From the NCBI GenBank assembly GCA_946965045.2, contig OX337235.1, positions 930,001-994,000 of the forward strand: a stretch of 64,000 nucleotides of DNA, given 5' to 3'. Below the pieces are notes generated by a model, which saw nothing but the letters and a program-made list of their open reading frames with translations, ran no database searches and had not been told where the DNA came from. Shown piece after piece: positions 23,430 through 33,129 of the stretch; the stretch's first letter is position 1, and every line of letters starts with the position of its first letter. Source of the DNA: Epithemia pelagica (Eukaryota > Protista > Bacillariophyta). Position numbers and translations under genes: made by a program.

Positions 23430-24060
23430 TGCCGCGCCGGGTGAGGCGGCCAAAACCTCGAAAATAGCGGCCAAATGACCATGATGGACATCTAGCGTAA
23501 CTCACTCAATATAGGACGCCCATGCCCCAATATCGAGCGACGTCTTCTTCAAACAATGCTCTCGGCCCCTGCGGGCCACTTTTGCTATAGCGGCCATTGT
23601 TATCGAGTTCTTACTCACCATTGTAGGGTCATTTTTTTTTCGTCCACGTAATGGCCGCTAGATTGCCCTTTGGCCGCTACATTGATGGTACTATAAGTCG
23701 ACCACTACGTGCCCTACCATCAAATGGTGCCTACGATGTGTCTATCGTAGTGTAAGGAAGAGCACTTTCAGGTCATATGGGCTATCGGTGGGCGTGATAG
23801 CGCAAACAAACCCCTGCTCGATTTGGCTCGTTTTTGTTGGAACGAGATTTTCATCCGTAACTCGATGTACTGCCGAAGCTCCAATATGGTAGTTCTACAG
23901 TTCATACTTGAAGGGCTTTTACTTTAGGGTCTACCTTCGTGAAACCAACTATCATAACTATCGTAGGTGCCATGGTTATCGCAAAATAGTCGTCCATCGA
24001 TGAGGATTTTCATCTCTCGCGACACGAACCACAATCGATCCTCATCGTCAGTTTCCGCTA
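23430..24060 (+). repeat. Left terminal inverted repeat (unique portion)
   Basis: Reverse complement of 34980-35587 apart from a few substitutions and a 20-bp extra segment at 23758-23777. Confidence 0.93.
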
Positions 24061-24605
24061 CTCGTCTCGTTCAATCTTGATTCTCTGCCCCTCCTTTTTT
24101 GTAGCATTTTAGTTTAGGACCTACTTGAGCGTACCCAAGTCTCAGATTGACCGTAGGCGCCATGGTCATTGAGAATGGGCCATCCATTGATGGAGGCATT
24201 TTTCTCGATGTAGCACGTAGCACACAACATTTCGAGACCGAAGGACGTTGCTACTCGTCTCGTTCAATATTGACTCGCTGCCCCTCCTACTTTGTAGCAT
24301 TTTAGTTTAGGATTTACCTGAGCGTACCCAAGTCTCAGATTGACCGTAGGCGCCATGGTTATTGAGAAGGTGCCATCCATTGATGGAGGCATTTTTCCCG
24401 ATGTAGCACGTAGCACACAACATTTCGAGACCGAAGGACGTTGCTAATCGTCTCGTTCAATATTGACTCTCTTGCCTTCCTACTTTGTAGCATTTTAGTT
24501 TAAAACCTACTTGAGTGTACCCAAGTCTCAGATTGACCGTAGGCGCCATGGTTATTGAGAAGGTGCCATCCATTGATGGAGGCATTTTTCCCGATGTAGC
24601 ACAAA
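24060..24605 (-). repeat. Left subterminal 193-bp tandem array (~3 units)
   Basis: catttcgaga at 24228 and 24421 (period 193). Reverse complement of the right-end array unit. Confidence 0.92.
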
Positions 24606-24758
24606 GCACACGAGATTGGGCAAGCTTCAAATCAATTTTTAAGTGTCGTCTGAAGATGTCGGAGACAGGGGACGATTGAGACGAGAAATGGAAGTGGGGA
24701 GGTCATGGATTACAACAACAGACGAAAGTCTATCACGCAAGCATAAACTTATAGTTTT

Positions 24759-26339
24759 TTATTTTAGAAGAAGTGCGCCACGAACTTTCTTTGGAGATTT
24801 ATAGTGGACATGCTGACTGTGCCGGTAATATGTTGCGAGACGATCTTCTGAGTTGTAGTAGGGTGGTAACTGGTACTCGTTTTTGGGAAGATATGGATGA
24901 ATGGTTTGATCACGCCCTTGATACATGTAGAAATGGGCACGTGGATTGCCTTGGGCACTGGTCAAGAAGCCTCCGGCGTGAACAGTATCGCCTCGCATCA
25001 TGAGGAACGTTCCATAGGGAACGTTGACCACCTCACCCAACTGATGCCTATTCTTCTTGTGGTCCTTGCGGTGCCGCCACAATTCTAAAGTCATTCCGTC
25101 CTCCGTCAGGGGCACAAAAACAGCAAATGGGACACGTTCTCGGAACGGCGCTTTCTTTCGTCCCTTTCCACGAGTCTTGACGTTGCCTTGGGGTGTCCCT
25201 TTCTGTTCAGTCGAACCCTGTTCCTCGTCTGGACTTGGCGTGACCACATCCCATTTGAAATCCAGATGTGGCTCTTGCACCTTTTCAAATGTGGTCTTGA
25301 GGAGCGACAGGTGGATCTGGATACCTTCAGCAAAGGAGTCATCCTCTGCGTACTCCATGTCCACAAGGGCTTGAGCAAGAGTCTTCTTGAACGTTGCCAC
25401 AATTTCAGCTACCCGCTTCTTCCCCCAGGGTGTGAATTCGTCATGTGCCAATAATCCTTCACCGTCAAACATGCGCATTTGGATTTGTGGGGTGTATTGT
25501 TGCACACCCCGCATTCTCTTCGAAATCTTGTCGTCCCCATGCTTCTCCGTTCCGAGAGACCAGACATCACGCAACAATCCAAGAAGCTCTGTCGGAGCGA
25601 CCAAAAAACGTCCTCGTGGATCACCCTCATAATTGATCAACAAGTGGCCATAGTTTTTATTCAGTTCTTTTGCTTTCTCTGCCGGATTTGGTTCCTCCTC
25701 AACCGCTTCCACCTGGTGAGAGTCCTCCGGACTGGGGTTTTGATTGAGTATCGGGGCGTCATATGGAATGCTTGGTTGTGGCTGAACCTGCCCGTATCCT
25801 TCATAAGGGAGCTGCCCCTGAGCCACCAAGACATGGGGCCGATGATGCTCATCATAGAAATGCCCGGGCGTGTAGTGGGAATGTGGAGGATGATGGTATG
25901 GTGGACTGTGGTACTGAGGATGATGGTGTGGTTGAAGGTGGTGTATTTGCGGAGAATTGTAGTGGTGCTGTTGAGTGGCAACATCATGAGGAACAGCAGC
26001 GGCGGGAACAGGATGGTGCAGTTGAAGGTCGTGCGGTTGGTAGTGCTGTTGAATGGCAACATCAGGAGCAGCAGCGGCGGGAACAGGATGGTGCAGTTGA
26101 AGGTCGTGCGGTTGGTAGTGCTGTTGAGTGGCAACATCATGAGGAACAGCAGCAGCGGGAACAGGATGGTGCAGTTGAAGGTCGTGCGGTTGGTAGTGCT
26201 GTTGAATGGCAACATCAGGAGCAGCAGCGGCGGGAACAGGATGGTGCAGTTGAAGGTCGTGCGGTTGGTAGTGCTGTTGAATGGCAACATCAGGAGCAGG
26301 AGCATTACCACCAGAACCACCCATCTTCATCTTCTTCAC
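24759..26339 (-). CDS. Cargo 2OG-Fe(II) dioxygenase (PhyH-like DSBH) with N-terminal His/Gln/Pro repeats; probable 3' half of a fusion gene
   Basis: QEPHLDF (HxD), FVPLT, VNVPYGTFLMMRGDTVHAGG (distal His) and GNPRAHFY (2OG-binding Arg). Alternating 25/26-aa repeats (DVA.QQHYQPHDLQLHHPVPAAA). Confidence 0.82.
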   Translation of the reverse strand: MKKMKMGGSGGNAPAPDVAIQQHYQPHDLQLHHPVPAAAAPDVAIQQHYQPHDLQLHHPVPAAAVPHDVATQQHYQPHDLQLHHPVPAAAAPDVAIQQHYQPHDLQLHHPVPAAAVPHDVATQQHHYNSPQIHHLQPHHHPQYHSPPYHHPPHSHYTPGHFYDEHHRPHVLVAQGQLPYEGYGQVQPQPSIPYDAPILNQNPSPEDSHQVEAVEEEPNPAEKAKELNKNYGHLLINYEGDPRGRFLVAPTELLGLLRDVWSLGTEKHGDDKISKRMRGVQQYTPQIQMRMFDGEGLLAHDEFTPWGKKRVAEIVATFKKTLAQALVDMEYAEDDSFAEGIQIHLSLLKTTFEKVQEPHLDFKWDVVTPSPDEEQGSTEQKGTPQGNVKTRGKGRKKAPFRERVPFAVFVPLTEDGMTLELWRHRKDHKKNRHQLGEVVNVPYGTFLMMRGDTVHAGGFLTSAQGNPRAHFYMYQGRDQTIHPYLPKNEYQLPPYYNSEDRLATYYRHSQHVHYKSPKKVRGALLLK

Positions 26340-26366
26340 CTTCTTCGGAGAATCATCCTGGCTGGA

Positions 26367-27539
26367 TCAACCTCGCTTCTTCTGCACATCCTCATCAGGC
26401 TCCTCACCGCCTTCCTTTGAGGCTGCGATCGTCTTGGTGTCCGAGCTAAGGTTGTAGAATAAAAACAGCTCGTCCCCCTCCGCGATCTCCTTGATCACAC
26501 GAACTAGCAGATTCTTGTCGATACGCACGTTGTAGTCCTTGTGTGCTTCGTCAGGTCCTTCTTCTGTATCGTAGAGGTGATACTGGGGATCATTCATCAA
26601 ATGAAACCCCATGAAAAAGAAATCCTCGTTGTCGGCTTGAACGATGCGTTCTCCGTGCTCTCCAAACTGAATTGCGTACTCGGTCCGACCGACGGTCCGA
26701 GAGGTGATATCCAACCCTGCATACACACCAATCACCTCACCTACTTTGTGCTCTTGTACAGAAAAAAGACCAAACCCGGGGCCTTCTTTTCCCTCTTCAG
26801 CCTTGAGGCCCGACTTCTTGACTGTGAAGATGTGTTTTGTCCCCAGCATAATCTTGAAGATCGGATCATTCTTGAGGGAGAAGCTGAACTGTCGAAACTT
26901 GAGGCACGAGTTGTTTCGAGTTTGCTTGGTTGGGATCCCAATCCCAACGGACTTGGGCACAACTTCCCCAACTTCCAGTCCGTAGTCATTTTTCTTGGGG
27001 GCCGTATTAGAGTTCTTGATGCCTGTGCCTGATTTGCGAATGGGCGCATCTGTCACCGAAAATGTGACGCCAATCTTCTTTGCCACAAACACTCCGTATG
27101 CGTTGATCAGCACAGTGCCATCCTTGATCAAAGTGGACAGAAACTTCAGTCCTCGGATGAAATTGTCCCATGGATCCCGTCCATAGGCCTTGACTTTCTT
27201 TACTGCAGCGACAGCCTCCGCATAATCCTTTTTCCGTTGCTCGCTGAGGCGCTGTTTCAAAGCCGACGCCGAGTCCGTGTATGCATTGTCGTCCTTTAGC
27301 TTGCCGCAACAACTGTCTGCATGCTTTTTCTCGTTGACTTTATGGAGGTCTTCGTCTGTAAGAAACCGATGGCTTGCTCTCGCTTCTTCTGTTGCTGCCA
27401 TTGTTGCTTCGTCTGCTGCTGCCATAGGTGATGGTGAATGTGGCTCCGACTCCGCCTCCGAGGCAGCAACTGCAACATGAGCAAGCGCCTTAAGACGCGA
27501 TTCAGATTGACTTCGTGTTTTCATTGTTCTCCTCTCCAT
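26367..27539 (-). CDS. Cargo SET-domain protein (putative lysine methyltransferase); probable 5' half of a fusion gene
   Basis: GFGLFS..HKVGEVIGVYAG, FHLMND (RxxNH-equivalent), YNVRI and IKEIAEGDELFLFYN. No post-SET cysteines. Confidence 0.85.
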   Translation of the reverse strand: MERRTMKTRSQSESRLKALAHVAVAASEAESEPHSPSPMAAADEATMAATEEARASHRFLTDEDLHKVNEKKHADSCCGKLKDDNAYTDSASALKQRLSEQRKKDYAEAVAAVKKVKAYGRDPWDNFIRGLKFLSTLIKDGTVLINAYGVFVAKKIGVTFSVTDAPIRKSGTGIKNSNTAPKKNDYGLEVGEVVPKSVGIGIPTKQTRNNSCLKFRQFSFSLKNDPIFKIMLGTKHIFTVKKSGLKAEEGKEGPGFGLFSVQEHKVGEVIGVYAGLDITSRTVGRTEYAIQFGEHGERIVQADNEDFFFMGFHLMNDPQYHLYDTEEGPDEAHKDYNVRIDKNLLVRVIKEIAEGDELFLFYNLSSDTKTIAASKEGGEEPDEDVQKKRG

Positions 27540-27966
27540 CTTTCTGTAGAGTAGGGGTTTCTCAGAGAGTCTTGGGTTTTCGAGCGTTTCTCAGACAGAG
27601 AGCGTTCGTCATTGCCTGGTCTGCAGACCACTTGACAAGAAAACAAATCAGACCACACTTGGAAAAAATCTTTCGATTCAACGGGAATACGGTTAAAACG
27701 TTAAATTTTGTTACATATTTCATTATGTTTAGAGTTTAATTAAGGCGGGCGGGCATGCGGAACACGCGCTTTTGTAGCGACTGCTCCACAAAAACTACAT
27801 CTTCCCTCCAACATCGTTCCACAGTTCATTCAACAATCAACCATGTGCTTGCTTGCAAGTTGAAAAGATGCTTTTGACCGCTAATGGAGATTGGACACAC
27901 AAACAGCAATTCTCAATAACCTCTTAGAAACTTGAGAAGACCAAAACGCACGAGAACGATACAGCA

Positions 27967-30900
27967 ATGGAACCACCGCCGCCGAGGCCTAAATCATGTG
28001 GTTTGGGGATTGGATCGAGATGTTTCATGAGGCGTGGAGACATCCCATGCATTATTGTTGAAGCAGTCGAATTTCATAAGTGGATGGTCGCTGGAGTGGA
28101 CGAAAGAGGAAATCTAACAGAGCTAAGAAATGAACGCTCTTCCCCACAGCTTCGATTCCCCAAGAAAGATGAAGGTTTTCCTGGACAACCAGATCCAGTT
28201 GCAGCAACCGGACCTCGACCTACGATCTCAACAACAACCACAGTATCAAATACTCCAGTTCCAGCCGAAACCGCAGCAAGGACAATGACAACGGCATCGA
28301 GGACAGCAACATCCACGTCAATGCCAACGGCAACCACGACAACGACAACGAGCGCGACAACGAGCGCGACAACGAGCGCGACAACGAGCGCGACAACGAC
28401 AACGAACACCCCAGTCGAGACGACAGCAAGGCCGACGGCAGCGGCATCGACAGCAGGAACAACCACACCAATGCAATCGGTAATGACAACGACTGCTGCA
28501 CCAACGACCACGGCAACGACCACTGCAACGACCACTGCAACGACCGCAGCAACGACAACGACTTCAGAGGCTCCTCGCACTGTTGGTGGAGTGATATTAA
28601 CAGATGTAAGCGACGATGAAGAAATTGAAGTTTTGGCACAAGCGGCGATCCTGGACAACGCTCAAGGTCAAGATGCACCTCCGAACAATCAGAACAACCC
28701 ACCAACGACCAGGCAAAATGATGATGAAGATAGTGACAACGAACATGAAGATCAGGATGAAGATGCAGCTGCCGATGAAGAACTCGAAGAAGATGTACCC
28801 GTGGAACTTGTCTATGATGACGAGGATGACGGAGCTGAACAAGAACAAGCACAAGCACGCCAATTGGCTTTCGGGGCTTTGGTTGAAAGAGACGAAGATC
28901 GTCACAGGCATAAAATGGAGCAATACAAGCTTACCAAAGACCATCTTATTGAAAGCAACTGGACCGTAGTCGTCAAGCCTCCCAAGAAAAAAGGAATCGA
29001 CATTGGAGATCGAGTTCACAAGAATGGTAACAATGCTCAATGGGGAACAGTTGTCGACGGGAAGAAGAATCCAGTGGCAAAAGGAAACCTATGGACTGTG
29101 CTTTTTGACGGAGAGAGTGAGCCAACGACCAATTTAACGGGTCAACAGCTACGAAGGAAAGAGGACAAAAGAAGATTTGAGTGGAAGATAGTCGAGGATT
29201 CATCGCCGGATCATCCAGTGTCGGACTATGAGAAGAATGCAATCGTTGGCTACAACTTCGGCAAAAGGATGAGTAAAAGTGAAATAAGCCACGAGAATGA
29301 AAAATACTCCTTTCCATTTCTTGACTTGTTGATGCACTTCTGGCCAGGTAAGTCAGCACTACTCTTTGTTTCTACATCGCAGAAGTTCAACAGTCTCACT
29401 TTCTTGCAATCGGCCTCTGTACAGGGAACTGGCAAAATCAGTTGAGAGTCCTTAATCTTAGTTTAGATCGATTGAATCAAAAGCGTGATAAAAAGAAGAA
29501 AATTCGAATGGTTACGGAAGGCGAGTGGTGGAAAGTTTGGGGGATTATCGTCGCGGCAAGTCCCCTTGGTGTAGGAGGAAAGGCTCTTTTTCAGGATCCT
29601 AGCACTCGTCGGTTATCACCACATGTAAATCTTGGAACGAAAGGCGAAAACATCATGGCAGAGAGTAGGTTCAACGACATTAAGACGCATCTCTATCATG
29701 CCTTCAGGGGGACGGATCCGAATGACAAATGGAATGAAATCCGTCCCCTGATTGATGGGTTCAATGAGAACCGCCGACAAATGATTGCGTCGTCCGTGGT
29801 TCAAGTGCTTGACGAGTCGATGAGTGCGTTTCGACCACGAACGACCAAGCAATCTTTGTTGCCGCATATCTCATTTATTGCCCGCAAGCCCAAACCTCTT
29901 GGGACGGAGTTCAAGGTAAGCTAACACCAGACAGACAATGTTTTGAAGACTTAATGTGTCTGACCTTACTACCTTATTTCATTCACAGGTGGTCGCCAAC
30001 ACCACGACAGGGTGTCTGACCCATCTTGAAATCCAAGAAGGAAGAGTCCCAATGCGGCGTAAGAAGTTTGTCGCGAAGTCTGGTCCATCGGGCGGCTGCA
30101 CACTGCGGCTTGTCGAAGGTTCACAATACAGTGGACAGCTGTCAAGCGCACGCCACGAAGCTGGAAAGGCCTCCAAGCGCTACCTGTATTTAGGCGACTC
30201 CTGGTTTGGAAGTGTCCAGGTCGCTGAATGCCTCAAGTGTTCGTGGAGGGAACAGGACGATCGACGCAATCGCACTTCCTTTCCGTTCTACGTGGACAAA
30301 GAGAAAGGGCTGAACACGGATGGACATGAGTTCATTGGTGCTGTGAAGACAGCGCACTCATGGTTTCCCAAGAAACAGATCGAGAAGCAGATGAAGTCTT
30401 TTCCATCCGGAGCCTACCTTGTCATGGAGTGTACTGCCCCTGTCACTGGAGTGAAGCTCGTAGCGGTTGGGTACAAGTACAATACAAGGAAGGTTCTTCT
30501 CTTTGTCATGACCAAAGATGCCGGGCATACTCAACCGGGCGCACCATACATTGCTCGCTTCACAGATGTGTTTGGAAATATCAAGCAGCGGAGAGTCGAG
30601 CGTCCCCACTGTATTTCAAAATACTTTCGGCACGCCAATGCAATTGACCGGCACAATCACATCCGTCAGGGTCTTCTACGCCTCGAAGAACTATGGTTAA
30701 CTAAAAATCCGTGGTTTCGGATTGTGACGACAGTCTTCGGTATGACGGTGGTTGATTGTTATCTTGCACTGCGTTTTCACATGCAAGTGGAACCTTTCCT
30801 GAATACCTCAATCCACGACTTTGCGGATATGCTGGCTTATGACTTAATCAACAATCCATATTCCGAACGCAGTTCAGTTGAACGAAGAGCGGGTGTGCTT

Positions 30901-31302
30901 GAAAGCTTGCCAGTGACAAACAACCTTTCGGTGTGTACAGATGCCTCCGTAACTGTGCCATCCAGTGTTGGCCATACCTGTTCAAGCAGTATATCACCCG
31001 CGTCCGTATTTTCTGAGCTTACAATTGATTCGGTCGTTTGTCACAGCGTTGTTGAACAGGACAACGTTTCTTCATCAGACCAAAGAGGCATGAAGCGTAA
31101 ATGTGTTATTTGTAAGAATGACACGCGAGCCATGTGTGGCCATCCACAATGCCGCATGTTCACCAAGACTTGGCGCTCGATAACCTACGTGGGAACACCA
31201 GTGTGCAAGCCATCTGTGGGCATTCGATATGGGAAACAACGAACTTGTATCGAGCAGCACGCCATGAACTTTGCTGCGGCAAAAGGAGGAAATGCGACTT
31301 AA
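27967..31302 (+). CDS. piggyBac-family (DDE_Tnp_1_7-like) transposase, ~1061 aa; introns 29348-29424 and 29916-29988
   Basis: Splicing two GTAAG..CAG introns joins three ORFs in frame (1381+491+1314 nt = 1062 codons). Catalytic triad in VLDES, LGDSWF and AIDRHN; RKPKPLG.EFK motif; C-terminal Cys/His-rich domain (CVIC..CGHPQC..C..C..H). Confidence 0.92.
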
Positions 31303-31417
31303 TGAAACTTCTGTGTGCACAAGAACTACACTCATTCTACATGTTTGCGCCTCTCTACATATTATGAAATTAGGAAACCACCATGAATAAGAATACTAAC
31401 TATCATTTGTTACCCGC

Positions 31418-31990
31418 TTACGTGATTTTAACACTTTCCTGGTTGGGCCACGTCTCCGTTGCTTTGTCATAGAGCGACATGAATGCATTCATCCCAGTAA
31501 GACTCATTCGCACAGTAATGATCATGGGTCCCATTGTCACCTTGGTATCCAAGGAGTGAGAGGTCTCAATGGTGAGTTCTCCTTTGACAAGGGACCCATT
31601 TTTGGAACGGAACTTCTTGGAGCGAATTTTGTTGTGAACCGATCCGACTGGGATGACGATGTCAGGCATCGAATCGTCCTTCTTGTCACGGCCAAACGCG
31701 CAAATTGATAGCATTCCACCGTTGGTACCATACCTGGAGCGCTGTAAAAGAATCACGCCTCGATCCACAACAAGTGTCCCCTTTTCTCCTTTCTCCCCGA
31801 GAGTGGCGTCTTGAAGGTGTACGTTCACACCCGCTTCACCGTAGATGGTTAAGCGGCTTCCTTGGAGCTCGATGTTGCTCCCCGTATCTTGTACGAGGTG
31901 AAAGCCGTTAGGAAGGAGAATCCGATTGCGCGATTCATTCTCGTGTTCGGACATTGTACTTCGATCCGTCCTAAGCATAGAGAGAATCAA
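31418..31990 (-). CDS. Cargo ORF of unknown function (beta-strand-rich, ~180-190 aa)
   Basis: Non-repetitive ORF inside the TIRs, convergent with the transposase. No family recognised. Confidence 0.5.
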   Translation of the reverse strand: MILSMLRTDRSTMSEHENESRNRILLPNGFHLVQDTGSNIELQGSRLTIYGEAGVNVHLQDATLGEKGEKGTLVVDRGVILLQRSRYGTNGGMLSICAFGRDKKDDSMPDIVIPVGSVHNKIRSKKFRSKNGSLVKGELTIETSHSLDTKVTMGPMIITVRMSLTGMNAFMSLYDKATETWPNQESVKIT

Positions 31991-32393
31991 TGAGTCGAGG
32001 TTATTGCCACCATTGTAAGCAATGATTTAGATGCCGCGGAACCACTTACTTCTACGCTCGTTTTGATTTGCAAACAAAAGCTCTTTCCTCAGGTGAGCAC
32101 TTCATTCAGGTGGCCTATCGATTCTCTCCTCTCCTTCGGAAAAGCTCTTACGTCGTAAAATCGATTTCTCAGACGACATGTAGTAAACCTCATTTGATTT
32201 GGGGGAACGGTTGGGGACTTCCTACTATTGCCACTCGGGAGCAATTACGAAAGTGTGACAAGTTACTTAAGAAAATTTTCTTCCGTTGAGCGTTGAGCCG
32301 CAAGCCGGCTTCCCATACGAGATCCGATTTTATGGTGAGACGTCACATCAATCAAACATCAACGAGAGACAGAGCCGACAGCGACCTTCATAA

Positions 32394-32978
32394 AACGGCG
32401 TCAACGAGAAACACATCAAGAACAACTGCAACTACAACAACAAAAGCAACAACACAATATCACTCTATATCGACAAGCGCCGTGTTAGTGCGCGCCTTCA
32501 AAACCGCACACACACAAGTGTTGTTCGAACCAGTGTGTCAAAATCTGCCGTGCGCCCAACTGAACAAGGTGCCCTCAAGAAAACCAAAATCAAGGCAGAG
32601 ACAGCAACCATTGGAAAGGCAGAATTGCTCTCGGAAGGATTGGATCAAGAATGTGGGGACAAAACCGTAGTTGTTCTTGGAACCGTTGAAGAATCAATCA
32701 CCAAGATTTGCGACAATTTAGAGGAAGAAGGATTGAATGGTGGAGACAAGACTCCAGTACGCCACCTGAAAATCAAGTTTGCCGACGACCTTAGCCCAGT
32801 CAACGAGGAGATCGAAAAGCCTGCATCACGTTTCTCAATCATGAGCAGCATCTCGATGCGTAGTGCTCAGACTGTATCCTCCCGTGGAACTGCTGTTGAT
32901 AGCGATCTTTCTTTCGACTTTGCCGAGACCCAACAAGATGACTGCGAGAATCTTTACGACAACTACATGCAGTCCTAA
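32394..32978 (+). CDS. Possible cargo ORF (acidic/Ser-rich C-terminus), start uncertain
   Basis: The frame of ORF 32535-32978 is open from 32394 but has no ATG there. No family recognised. Confidence 0.25.
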   Translation, partial: NGVNEKHIKNNCNYNNKSNNTISLYIDKRRVSARLQNRTHTSVVRTSVSKSAVRPTEQGALKKTKIKAETATIGKAELLSEGLDQECGDKTVVVLGTVEESITKICDNLEEEGLNGGDKTPVRHLKIKFADDLSPVNEEIEKPASRFSIMSSISMRSAQTVSSRGTAVDSDLSFDFAETQQDDCENLYDNYMQS

Positions 32979-33129
32979 ACAAGGTTGAACTAGATATAAA
33001 TCAAAATAGCATTGACTATTCTTCAACTTCCTTGAATCATCACTCAGAAGTCATAGAAACTTACGGATTCAAAGGGCAAACTACCAAATGGAAACACCAC
33101 TTCCGTTGATGGTCGCTACTAGGATAATA

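Noticed and set aside
24759-25700. Calling the cargo oxygenase TET/JBP, JmjC or AlkB
   Set aside because: Only generic HxD...H...R motifs with PhyH-like spacing are visible; family-specific motifs were not recognised.
26367-26369. Selenocysteine or programmed read-through at the SET/oxygenase TGA
   Set aside because: The codon lies in a basic linker, not an active site. The next base is T rather than the read-through-favouring C(TA), and no SECIS was identified. A nonsense mutation is simpler, though read-through is untested.
25479-26449. Long antisense and alternate-frame ORFs over the His/Gln/Pro repeat
   Set aside because: Stop-poor shadows of the 75/78-bp coding repeats, with no independent domain content.
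28074-28858. Hydrophobic antisense ORFs (poly-Val/Ala/Leu)
   Set aside because: Reverse-strand translation of the Thr/Ala-rich transposase tract.
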